Below, one piece after another: positions 13,614 to 21,101 of a DNA stretch of 21,101 nucleotides. The notes beneath the pieces were generated by a model, which did not search any database, was not told the origin of the DNA, and saw only the letters and a list, made by a program, of their open reading frames with translations. The stretch covers positions 1 through 21,101 of the forward strand of contig JAJFTR010000102.1 of the NCBI GenBank assembly GCA_021372825.1. The letters run 5' to 3'. Origin of the DNA: Actinomycetes bacterium. GTDB lineage: Bacteria; Actinomycetota; Coriobacteriia; Anaerosomatales; Anaerosomataceae. The position numbers and the translations under genes are program-made. The first letter of the stretch is position 1. Each line of letters begins with the position of its first letter.

Positions 13614-15857
13614 TCACTTCGCGTCTACACTCGCGGCAAGTTCGGCTCTGACCGTGTCGTCTATGACATCGAGCCCACCGATCACCCACAGATCCGACAC
13701 CGTTGTGCCGTACTCGCCGAGAAAGTCCCGCGTCGGCGCGGTCGGGTCGGTCTTCTTCACTAGCAAGAGTGGTGCCCGCGCGCGCGCCGCGAGCGTTCCC
13801 GCGGCCAGCGCATCAGGAAAAGCGCCTCCTGTCGCCACCACGATCCGTCCGGGCAGAAGCCCGCGGTCGAGCGCGAACCTCGCAAGAAGACCGGCCGTCG
13901 CGTAGCGGTCGTCGCCACCGACCCGCGTGGGTGAGGGAACAGCGCTCGCCACCGTCGGACCCACCACGTCGGCCTGCCCCACGATGAGCGTCGAGGTGAT
14001 CCCGTACTCGGCGAGGATCTTCTTGCTCGCCGCAGGAAGGTAGCCCCCATCGGCGAGCACCACGGGCCAGTCGTTGGCGCCCGCCAGCGGAGCTGCCGCC
14101 ACAGCGTCCGGCCAGGCGCGTCCACCCACCACCACCGCTGTCTTGATCGTGCGCGTGCGATCGCGCATCCGGCGTGAGATAGCGAGCGCCGTCTCGTAGC
14201 GGTCAGCGCCTGCGACGCGCTCCACGGTCGTGCACTCGGCCTTGCTCTTGAGCTGTGACAGTACGGCGTCGGTCACCACGCTCGTGCCACCCAAGACGAT
14301 GGCGCGGGTGGCCCCAAGGCGCCTGATCTCGGCTGCGACCGAGTCGGGCAGATAGGTCGGAGGAGTGAGCAGCAGCGGTCCGTTCACGGTGGTCGCGAGC
14401 GGTGTGCCGGCGAGTGCGTCGGGAAAGTCACGCTCTGTCGCGATGACCACGGTCCGTGCGCCTTCGAGGAACGCGCGCCGGGAGACCGCCACGGCTGTGG
14501 CGCCACGGTTCGCGCCCGCCAGACGCGCCACGGCCGGGGTCGTCTCACGCGCGACAAGCCCTGCGTCACCCCAGACGAAGAGGCGGTGGAAGAAGTCGCT
14601 CTCATCGTCGGACCAGTCCGTGAAGAGCACGCGGGCCTTTGCGCTCGCCTCTCTGACCAGCACGGGGTCGGAGTAGATGATGCCCGGCTCGGCGGGCGAG
14701 ACACGCTGTGCGAACGACCAGGTATCGCCGCCGTCAGCGGTGGTCCAGCGTTCGATGCGTCCGCCGCGGCCCCGGTAGTCCCAGTCCAGGCTGCCCCGGG
14801 CATCGCTGTCCTTCGTGACCAGGAAGACCTCGTATGCGTCGCTTCCCGTCCGCTGGAACGCCGCTGCATCGAAGTAATGGTCCGTTGTGGTGATCGGCAC
14901 GCTCCGCAACCATGCGTCACCTTCTCGGCGCTTGAACATCCACGTGTAGGCGTCGGGTCCGCTCCCACTGCCGAGGAGGTACAGCACGGCCGGCTCCCCC
15001 GAGTCGTTCTCACGAACGGACATCTCGTTCACGAACTCGCTCGCGGAATCCACGATGCGGCAATGCGCATCGGCTTCACCGAGTGTGATCGGCAGCGTGA
15101 GGCCCACGCCATCAGCGCCGGTCCAACGGCCCGTGGCATCGCGCGACGCATAGTACAGGTTGCGACGGACGAACAGGGCGCCCTGCCGCATGAGCTCGCG
15201 GTCCAGCCACGTGAACGCTACGTGGAGGCGATCGTCGGCACCCACGAACGCGCTCGCATACCAGTATGCGTCAGCGTCGGCGGCAAGCACGGTCGTCTCG
15301 GCGCCGAAGGTCGCGGCGTCGTCGACCGACAGGCGGTACGCCCAGTCCTGATCGGACGCGCGGTACATGAGCATAACGTCGCCGCCAGTAAGGTCGAGGA
15401 TCTGCGGGTACGTGCCGCTCGCGGGGGACGTGAGCGCCGTCCACGAGCTCACCGAAGCGGGAACGGACGAGCGCTTGTGCTGTATCGCGGTGCCGTGGCC
15501 TCCGAAGAACGCGTGCACGTGACCTGATCCGTCGAGGTAGAGTGCAGGCGCTCCGTGCGCGTCCAGTCGCAGCGAGTTGGTCCCGATCTTGTAGGGCCCG
15601 TCCCAGACCGCGCTTTGCTCATCGAAGGTGACGATGTACGGGTCGAATCCAGGGCCCTGATAGGCGAGGTACGTCACCCCGAGGCGGCTCACAGCGGCGG
15701 GATGAAGGGCCATTTCGGAAAGGATGGCTTCCTGGGCGGCGTCACGCGCAAAGTAGGGGAGCGTGTTGGCGTACGCGGCCACGGGAGTAGCGGTCGCGAT
15801 GGCTGTGGCGACCGTGCAGCGCACGAGCACGTGCGTGAGATGTCGTAAGCGAGCCAT
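13614..15857 (-). CDS. Secreted BNR/Asp-box beta-propeller protein with three C-terminal CWB2 (cell wall binding repeat 2) domains
   Basis: The signal peptide is MARLRHLTHVLVRCTVATAIATATPVAAYA. The Asp-box motifs are TTADGGDTWSF and SRDATGRWTG. There are three ~90-aa repeats of the pattern G(A/G)DRY(E/A)TA..(I/L).......VV(A/V)TG..(F/W)PDA(L/V)A..PLA.....P(L/V)LL, which matches the CWB2 repeats of Clostridioides Cwp proteins. Confidence 0.8.
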   Translation of the reverse strand: MARLRHLTHVLVRCTVATAIATATPVAAYANTLPYFARDAAQEAILSEMALHPAAVSRLGVTYLAYQGPGFDPYIVTFDEQSAVWDGPYKIGTNSLRLDAHGAPALYLDGSGHVHAFFGGHGTAIQHKRSSVPASVSSWTALTSPASGTYPQILDLTGGDVMLMYRASDQDWAYRLSVDDAATFGAETTVLAADADAYWYASAFVGADDRLHVAFTWLDRELMRQGALFVRRNLYYASRDATGRWTGADGVGLTLPITLGEADAHCRIVDSASEFVNEMSVRENDSGEPAVLYLLGSGSGPDAYTWMFKRREGDAWLRSVPITTTDHYFDAAAFQRTGSDAYEVFLVTKDSDARGSLDWDYRGRGGRIERWTTADGGDTWSFAQRVSPAEPGIIYSDPVLVREASAKARVLFTDWSDDESDFFHRLFVWGDAGLVARETTPAVARLAGANRGATAVAVSRRAFLEGARTVVIATERDFPDALAGTPLATTVNGPLLLTPPTYLPDSVAAEIRRLGATRAIVLGGTSVVTDAVLSQLKSKAECTTVERVAGADRYETALAISRRMRDRTRTIKTAVVVGGRAWPDAVAAAPLAGANDWPVVLADGGYLPAASKKILAEYGITSTLIVGQADVVGPTVASAVPSPTRVGGDDRYATAGLLARFALDRGLLPGRIVVATGGAFPDALAAGTLAARARAPLLLVKKTDPTAPTRDFLGEYGTTVSDLWVIGGLDVIDDTVRAELAASVDAK

Positions 15858-15901
15858 ACTTGCATGGTATCGGAAACGAACGCCCTCGCCGACGAGAGGT
15901 G

Positions 15902-16708
15902 ATGATGGACACCGCTGAGTTCCGTGAGCTCGTGCTCGGTTACTACCGCGAGCACGGCCGGGCGTTGCCCTGGCGATACGTCGCCGACCCCTACGCCGTG
16001 CTGGTCTCGGAAGTGATGCTGCAACAGACTCCGGTGTCTCGGGTCCTACGAAGCTATGAGGCCTTTCTGGAGCGCTTCCCCGATATGCGCTCGCTTGCCG
16101 AGGCGCCGCTTGCAGATGTGCTCTCGGCGTGGTCGGGACTGGGGTACAATCGCCGCGCGAGGTCGCTCAAGCTCTGTGCCGAGACGGTCCTTCAGGCACA
16201 TGGCGGTTCCGTTCCGCAGACGCTGGAGGCGCTCATGGCGTTGCCCGGCATCGGGTACGCCACCGCCGCGCAGGTGCTCGCGTTCGCATACGGCGTGCCC
16301 GTCCCCTTCATCGAGACCAACATCCGCGCCGTGTACATCCACCACTTCTTCGCGGACGCCGAGGCCGTGCCGGACTCGGCGCTCCTGCCTCTTGTGGCTG
16401 AGACCTTGGATCGAGAAGACCCTCGCACGTGGTACTACGCGCTCATGGACTACGGCACCCACCTCAAGGCGAAGGGGCCGAACCCAGGTCGCAGGAGCGC
16501 GACGCACAAGCGCCAGGCCCGGTTTGAGGGGTCGATGCGGCAGGTGCGTGGGGCTGTGCTCCGGAAGCTCGTCGCAGGTGATGCGCAGACCGCAGAGGAG
16601 CTGGCGCGCACCACGGGCTTCGAGAAGGTGAGGATCGCGGCCGCGCTCGAAGCCCTCGCGGCCGAGGGCTTGCTTGTTCAGCAGGGCCGTCTGTGGCGCA
16701 TCGCGTGA
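15902..16708 (+). CDS. MutY/EndoIII-like HhH-GPD DNA glycosylase lacking the [4Fe-4S] cysteine ligands
   Basis: ORF track 15860..16708. The start is ATG at 15902 or 15905, after GAGAGGTG. The MutY-like blocks are ALPWRY, DPYAVLVSEVMLQQT, GLGYNRRARSL and the HhH LPGIGYATAAQVLAFAYG. No Cys is present where MutY has its C-x6-C-x2-C-x5-C cluster. The C-terminus is short and looks wHTH-like, not a NUDIX domain. Confidence 0.8.
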   Translation: MMDTAEFRELVLGYYREHGRALPWRYVADPYAVLVSEVMLQQTPVSRVLRSYEAFLERFPDMRSLAEAPLADVLSAWSGLGYNRRARSLKLCAETVLQAHGGSVPQTLEALMALPGIGYATAAQVLAFAYGVPVPFIETNIRAVYIHHFFADAEAVPDSALLPLVAETLDREDPRTWYYALMDYGTHLKAKGPNPGRRSATHKRQARFEGSMRQVRGAVLRKLVAGDAQTAEELARTTGFEKVRIAAALEALAAEGLLVQQGRLWRIA

Positions 16709-16847
16709 CTACCGCTGAGCGCCACGCGCTCATGTCCTGCGGCGGTTCGGCCGATACTCACTGTGACTCGAGACGGCGTTCCCGCGGGGACGCTAGCGCC
16801 GAGAAGCCGCTGCCGCGGGCGCTGGAAAGAATCTGCCGGCAGCGGGA

Positions 16848-16879
16848 GGAACCCGCCGGGCGCCCCTCCGGCGGGTTCC
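16848..16879. terminator. Bidirectional terminator hairpin GGAACCCGCCGG-GCGCCCCT-CCGGCGGGTTCC between the convergent mutY-like and larC genes
   Basis: A 12-bp perfect stem that ends 7 nt from the larC stop. It is followed by TAGTTCTT on the plus strand. Confidence 0.55.
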
Positions 16880-16886
16880 TAGTTCT

Positions 16887-18059
16887 TCACGAGCCCAGGA
16901 GCGTCTCGGCTTGCGTTTCGAGCGTCTCAGCGACATGCATGGCGGGGATCCCGCGTTCGCGCGCGATCCGGGAGACATCATCGTATTCCGCTCTGACGTG
17001 CTCCCCACGCGCATCCCTCCACCGCTTGAAGCGCACAGGCCCAAACGTGGTGTCGAGCGTCACACTCTCCCGCGGCACGACGTAACGTACGCTCGGGTCT
17101 ACGCGCACTCCGAGTGTGCCCGTCTCGGCCATGAGAAGCGAAGCGAGCGCGGGCGCGTCACCGGGAGCGGCAAGGACGCTCAGCACGAGCGCGGCACGCC
17201 CTTTCTTCATCACGATGGGGGTCTGCCAGGCGTCCAAGGCTCCCGCTTCGAGCATCCGCGCGGCGGCATGAGCAGCGTGTTCGGGAGAGATGTGGTCGAT
17301 ATTGCTCTCGAGCACCACGATCTCTTCCGATCCCACGGGACATGTGCGCGCGACCGGATCGCCCAGCAGCAGCCGCGCGACGTTGGGTCGCCCGATCTCG
17401 CGCGTGCCCACGCCGGTTCCCACACCGCGCAACACCATCGGGGGTATGCCGCCGAACGCCGAGACGAACTCGCGCACGAGTGCGGCTCCCGTGGGGGTGG
17501 TAAGCTCGCCGGCTGCCACGCCTGACTCGATCGCGACGCCAGTGAGGAGCAAAGCCGTCGCCGGGGCGGGCACGGGTAGCTCGCCGTGCTCGGTGACGAC
17601 ACTGCCCGAGCCGACTGCTACCGGAGAGGCCACCAGCTCGTCGACCCCGAGAGCGTCGATGCCGAGCGCAACGCCGAGCACGTCGACGATGGTGTCTGCG
17701 GCGCCGATCTCGTGGAAGTGCACGTCGTTTGGCGCCACGCCGTGAACGGTCGCCTCGGCGGACGCAAGCCTACCGAGTGCGGAGAGGGCATGCGCACGCA
17801 CGCGCGAGGGGATGTCGGCTTCTTCGAGCATCGAGCGGATTCCCGCCCACGTGCGAAGACGAGCCGAAGTCACCGCGTCGACGTCGATGCCTGTCCCCAC
17901 GATGCCATCGGAGCGTCGCGCGACGATCGTGACGGCCTGGGCGAGCTGAAGAGGCTCGAGCCCTGCTCGGAGGGCGTCGGACGAGAATCCGGCATCGATC
18001 AGCGCGCCGAGGAACTTGTCCCCCGAGATGCCGGTGGAGCAGTCGAGATAGCCGATCAT
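16887..18059 (-). CDS. larC: LarC, nickel-pincer (NPN) cofactor nickel-insertion enzyme (DUF111 family)
   Basis: The N-terminus MIGYLDCSTGISGDKFLGALIDAGF is the LarC signature. The length is ~390 aa. The start ATG overlaps the larB stop in ATGA. Confidence 0.85.
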   Translation of the reverse strand: MIGYLDCSTGISGDKFLGALIDAGFSSDALRAGLEPLQLAQAVTIVARRSDGIVGTGIDVDAVTSARLRTWAGIRSMLEEADIPSRVRAHALSALGRLASAEATVHGVAPNDVHFHEIGAADTIVDVLGVALGIDALGVDELVASPVAVGSGSVVTEHGELPVPAPATALLLTGVAIESGVAAGELTTPTGAALVREFVSAFGGIPPMVLRGVGTGVGTREIGRPNVARLLLGDPVARTCPVGSEEIVVLESNIDHISPEHAAHAAARMLEAGALDAWQTPIVMKKGRAALVLSVLAAPGDAPALASLLMAETGTLGVRVDPSVRYVVPRESVTLDTTFGPVRFKRWRDARGEHVRAEYDDVSRIARERGIPAMHVAETLETQAETLLGS

Positions 18060-18814
18060 GCCGTCACAGCCGCATGGTTGATCCGGCTAGCGAGCGCGGC
18101 GGCGCCAAACCCGTTGTCGATGTTGACGACCCCGACACCGGCGGCGCAGGAATTGAGCATGGTGAGCAGCGCGGCTATGCCCCCGAGACTCGCGCCGTAG
18201 CCGATCGATGTGGGGACGGCGATCACTGGGCACGCGACAAGACCCGCCACAAGCGAGGGGAGCGCTCCCTCCATACCAGCGACAGCGATGACCACGCGGG
18301 CCTCCCTCAGGGTGGCCTCGTACGCGAGCAGGCGGTGGATCCCTGCGACGCCCACGTCATACAGGCGCGTCACCCGGTTGCCCATGACCTCCGCGCTCAT
18401 CGCCGCTTCCTCTGCCACGGAAGAGTCAGCCGTGCCACCGGTGGCGACGACGATGTGGCCGACGGCCGGGCGCTCTTCTCGGCGATCGACGATGACCAGA
18501 CGAGAGTCCTCGAAGTACCGCGCGTCCAGCGCGACCTGTCCTACAGCCTGATAGTGCGCCGCCGAGGCTCGCGTTCCGAGGAAGACTCCACCTTTGTCCA
18601 GGATCTCGCGCGCGATACTGCGGACCTGCGAGGGTGACTTGCCCTCGCAGAAGACCACTTCGGGAAAGCCACACCTGAGCTCGCGATGGTGGTCGATCTT
18701 CGCGTCCCCCAGGTCTGTGAAGGGAAGGTGCGAGAGGCGGTCGATCGCCTCATCGATGGTCGTTTCCTTTCGTGCGACGGATTCGAGCAGTGCTCGCACG
18801 GTATCAGGGTCCAT
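18056..18814 (-). CDS. larB: LarB, PurE-like pyridinium-3,5-biscarboxylic acid mononucleotide synthase (NPN cofactor biosynthesis)
   Basis: It has a PurE-like core (HIVVATGGTADSSVAEEAA...VIAVAGMEGALPSLVAGL...VIAVPTS) and the LarB-type N-terminal extension DHHRELRCGFPEVVFCEGKS. ATG at 18814 is preceded by GGAGGAG. Confidence 0.85.
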   Translation of the reverse strand: MDPDTVRALLESVARKETTIDEAIDRLSHLPFTDLGDAKIDHHRELRCGFPEVVFCEGKSPSQVRSIAREILDKGGVFLGTRASAAHYQAVGQVALDARYFEDSRLVIVDRREERPAVGHIVVATGGTADSSVAEEAAMSAEVMGNRVTRLYDVGVAGIHRLLAYEATLREARVVIAVAGMEGALPSLVAGLVACPVIAVPTSIGYGASLGGIAALLTMLNSCAAGVGVVNIDNGFGAAALASRINHAAVTA

Positions 18815-18913
18815 TGCTCCTCCGGTCGTGTGTATCGGTCCTACTCGTCGGTACTCAGCCTGTTCTAGAGGATATACTCAATCCGGGACCTTATCGCGTA
18901 TAGGACGGCGCCG

Positions 18914-20503
18914 GTGTCAGTATCACGGGGGATGCAGCTTGACGAGCGGGGCGTGGCGTACCTGGCGGTCAGGGTCGCCAGCGCTGTGTTCTTGCTGGCC
19001 ATGTATCTGTGGTGGGTGAGGTCGCTCCCTGAAGACGCGCCTCGGCGAGCGTATCTCATAGGCGCTGTGTTGTGGGCGACCGCCGCTCTCATGTCGGTGG
19101 TCCTACGGGGCACGGGCGGCCCGGTCAGCACCTCGCGGATGCTCACCTACACGATGCCGCTCGACCTGGTGTCGCTCGGCTTGCTCACTGCCTCGGTCGG
19201 TCAGTTCGAAGACCCCTTCTATGCCTTCTACATCGGGGGAGTCGCCACTTATGCAGCGGCTTTCAGCCCGCGCAAGGCATGGGTGTGCACGGGGCTGATG
19301 ACTGCTTCTTACCTCGGCGCTCACCTCAGCGGTCTTCACGTGCCTCTCGAGCCCGAGGCGTACGCTTTCCTCATCCTCAAAGCGGGCATGATCCTGCTCG
19401 TGGGCGGGATGTTCGGGCTGGTCCTGGAGCGACAACAGCGTCAGGGGGAGTCTTTGTTGGGCGAGACTCGCGAGGTCGCCGCTCTTAACGAGCAGCTTGA
19501 GCGCAGCATGGCCGAGATGCGAGCCATCTCCGAGATCAGCGAGCTGGTCCACTCCACGCTCGAGTTCGACAACGTGGGTCCTCTGGTGCTCGATATCGTC
19601 CTGAAAGCGCTGGGCATTCCCGCGGCGAGTCTCTTCATCATCGACAAAGCGAAGCAGGAGACTCTTTTCAGTGCGAGCCGAGGTGTGCCGAGCCAGACCT
19701 CCCCCTACACCTATGACTTCTCGACGGCCGAGGTCGAGAAGACACATACCGACGACCATTTCGCCTGCCTGGAGCTGCTCGACCACGGCGACATCCTCAT
19801 CGTCTTCTGCGCTGAGGCCGACGCGATCGATGCTCTTGACCGAGACGACCGGCTCTTGCTGCAAGCAGTCGCCTCGGAGCTAGCGGTGGCGGTCGAGAAC
19901 TCACGGCTGTACAAGCTCACCAAGCGTCTCGCCATCACAGACGAACTCACGGACCTGCACAACTACCGATACCTGCAACAGCGGCTCGACGACGAGGTCA
20001 GCCGAGCGAGGCGTTACGGCAAGACGCTGTCGTTCCTCATGTTGGATGTGGACGATTTCAAGCATGTCAACGACGAGCATGGGCATCTCGTCGGCGACGG
20101 TGTGCTCGCGGGCCTCGGCCGGATTCTCAAGCAGTCGGTGCGGGAAGTGGACGTCGTGGCACGCTACGGCGGCGAGGAATTCTCGGTGCTCTTGCCCGAG
20201 ACCGACGCCGCGGGCGCATTCATCGTGGCCGAGAAGATCCGCGAGGCAGTGAGTCTCCACAAGTTTCCCGACGAGGAGGGTGAGCCTACCATCCATGTCA
20301 CCGTGAGTGTGGGGCTCGCGAACTTGCCCGTGCATGCGGACGACAAGGAGTCTCTCCTCAAGGCCGCCGATGATGCTGTGTATCACGCGAAGGAGACGGG
20401 AAAGGACCGCGTACGAGCTCCCCGCATACGCCTGACGCGACTGGGGCGGGCAACGACGCCGCCACGTGATCCGCAGGGACAAGAGAGAGAGGTCAGCACG
20501 TGA
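18914..20503 (+). CDS. Membrane-anchored GAF-GGDEF diguanylate cyclase
   Basis: There are about 5 N-terminal TM helices, a GAF-like middle region, and a GGDEF domain with a GGEEF active site (RYGGEEF) and the DVDDFKHVNDEHGHLVGD block. The start is GTG at 18914, with an alternative ATG at 18932. Confidence 0.8.
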   Translation: MSVSRGMQLDERGVAYLAVRVASAVFLLAMYLWWVRSLPEDAPRRAYLIGAVLWATAALMSVVLRGTGGPVSTSRMLTYTMPLDLVSLGLLTASVGQFEDPFYAFYIGGVATYAAAFSPRKAWVCTGLMTASYLGAHLSGLHVPLEPEAYAFLILKAGMILLVGGMFGLVLERQQRQGESLLGETREVAALNEQLERSMAEMRAISEISELVHSTLEFDNVGPLVLDIVLKALGIPAASLFIIDKAKQETLFSASRGVPSQTSPYTYDFSTAEVEKTHTDDHFACLELLDHGDILIVFCAEADAIDALDRDDRLLLQAVASELAVAVENSRLYKLTKRLAITDELTDLHNYRYLQQRLDDEVSRARRYGKTLSFLMLDVDDFKHVNDEHGHLVGDGVLAGLGRILKQSVREVDVVARYGGEEFSVLLPETDAAGAFIVAEKIREAVSLHKFPDEEGEPTIHVTVSVGLANLPVHADDKESLLKAADDAVYHAKETGKDRVRAPRIRLTRLGRATTPPRDPQGQEREVST

Positions 20504-21101
20504 CGAGGTATGCGTTTCTCGGTCCCGCTGGGACCTTCAGCGAGGAGGCGCTGGTCTCGCTCGAACTGTCGGATTGCGAGCCGGTGCCTTGCTTGACGAT
20601 CCCCGAGGTGTTCGAGGCGGTCGAGCGCGGTCACGCTGAAGCGGGTGTGGTGCCTATCGAGAACTCGATCGAGGGTTCTGTGACCGCGACACTGGACGCG
20701 CTTGTCTTTGACACGCAGTTGGAGATACAGCGTGAGCTGGTTCTCGACATCCGGTACTGTCTTGCAGCGGCGCCAGGTACCGCGATGTCCGATGTGACCT
20801 GCGTGTATGCACATCCTCAGGCGAGCGGACAGTGCAGGCGTTGGCTTGAACGTAATCTGCCCGGGCGGCCGGTCATCGCGGCTAACTCGAACGCCGAGGC
20901 GGTCCAGCTTGCGGTGGAGACTCCGGGCGCGGCGGCCCTGGGCACCTCGACCGCCGCCGTCTTGTACGAAGCCCAGGTACTGGAATCCGACGTGCAGGAC
21001 TACGCCGGCAATCAGACGCGGTTCGTTGTGATCGGTCGTGGGCTGCAGCCGCGTACGGGAAAAGACAAGACGTCCCTTGCCCTGTTCATGAAGAAGGACA
21101 A
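20500..21101 (+). CDS. pheA: Prephenate dehydratase (5'-partial in window; continues beyond the window end)
   Basis: GTG at 20500 overlaps the cyclase TGA (GTGA) and is preceded by GAGAGAGAGG. The PDT motifs are AFLGPAGTFSEEA, PIENSIEGSV, TRFVVIG and KTSL. There is no stop within the window. Confidence 0.8.
   Translation, partial: MTRYAFLGPAGTFSEEALVSLELSDCEPVPCLTIPEVFEAVERGHAEAGVVPIENSIEGSVTATLDALVFDTQLEIQRELVLDIRYCLAAAPGTAMSDVTCVYAHPQASGQCRRWLERNLPGRPVIAANSNAEAVQLAVETPGAAALGTSTAAVLYEAQVLESDVQDYAGNQTRFVVIGRGLQPRTGKDKTSLALFMKKD

Noticed and set aside
14586-15527. Antisense ORF 14586..15527 (313 aa), ORF 14384..15013, and others inside the BNR-CWB2 gene
   Set aside because: They are shadows of a gene with a clear signal peptide, Asp-boxes and three CWB2 repeats on the minus strand.
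16709-16847. Possible small ORF or regulatory RNA between the mutY-like gene and the terminator hairpin
   Set aside because: I saw only GC-rich sequence with short palindromes such as GCGGGCGC, no convincing ORF, and no recognisable structured-RNA motif. The 12-bp terminator hairpin explains the region.
19103-19864. Antisense ORF 19103..19864 (253 aa) and ORF 19901..20482 inside the diguanylate cyclase gene
   Set aside because: They are shadows of the sense GGDEF-domain gene.

Overview
This 21.1-kb window is high-GC (roughly mid-60s % by eye) with Gram-positive-type signals: strong GGAGG-class Shine-Dalgarno sites, a Tat signal peptide and CWB2 cell-wall-binding repeats. A high-GC Gram-positive anaerobe, possibly an actinobacterial lineage, is a plausible source but I cannot establish that from this window. 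It reads as ordinary chromosome. I found no transposase, integrase, CRISPR array or rRNA.

Supported content, in order:
- A 3'-partial Hanks-type Ser/Thr kinase (minus strand).
- A Sec-secreted octaheme c-type cytochrome with 8 CXXCH motifs, directly upstream of the kinase (minus).
- tRNA-Leu(CAG) with its own promoter and terminator (plus).
- A plus-strand block: flotillin (SPFH) scaffold, HemW/HemN-family radical-SAM protein, heme O synthase CtaB, and a small Cys-rich ORF.
- A ~1.5-kb gene-poor stretch holding a stop-interrupted ORF and one copy of a repeated hairpin element.
- A Tat-secreted metallophosphoesterase (plus).
- A minimal overlapping sufC-sufB Fe-S assembly operon (minus).
- A secreted BNR/Asp-box beta-propeller protein with three C-terminal CWB2 repeats (minus).
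- A MutY-like HhH-GPD glycosylase that lacks all four Fe-S cysteine ligands (plus).
- larC-larB nickel-pincer cofactor genes (minus).
- A membrane GAF-GGDEF diguanylate cyclase (plus), translationally coupled to a 5'-partial prephenate dehydratase (plus).

I also give several intrinsic-terminator hairpins, and a 19-nt sequence (CCGGAAGCACAACAGCCCC) that occurs at two loci, each as the 5' part of a hairpin.

The most interesting items are the octaheme cytochrome-kinase pair, the flotillin/heme-handling module with its unannotated Cys-rich small ORF, the BNR-3xCWB2 surface protein, the Fe-S-free MutY-like enzyme, and the repeated palindromic element.

Every call comes from reading the sequence and the supplied ORF translations. 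I ran no database searches.
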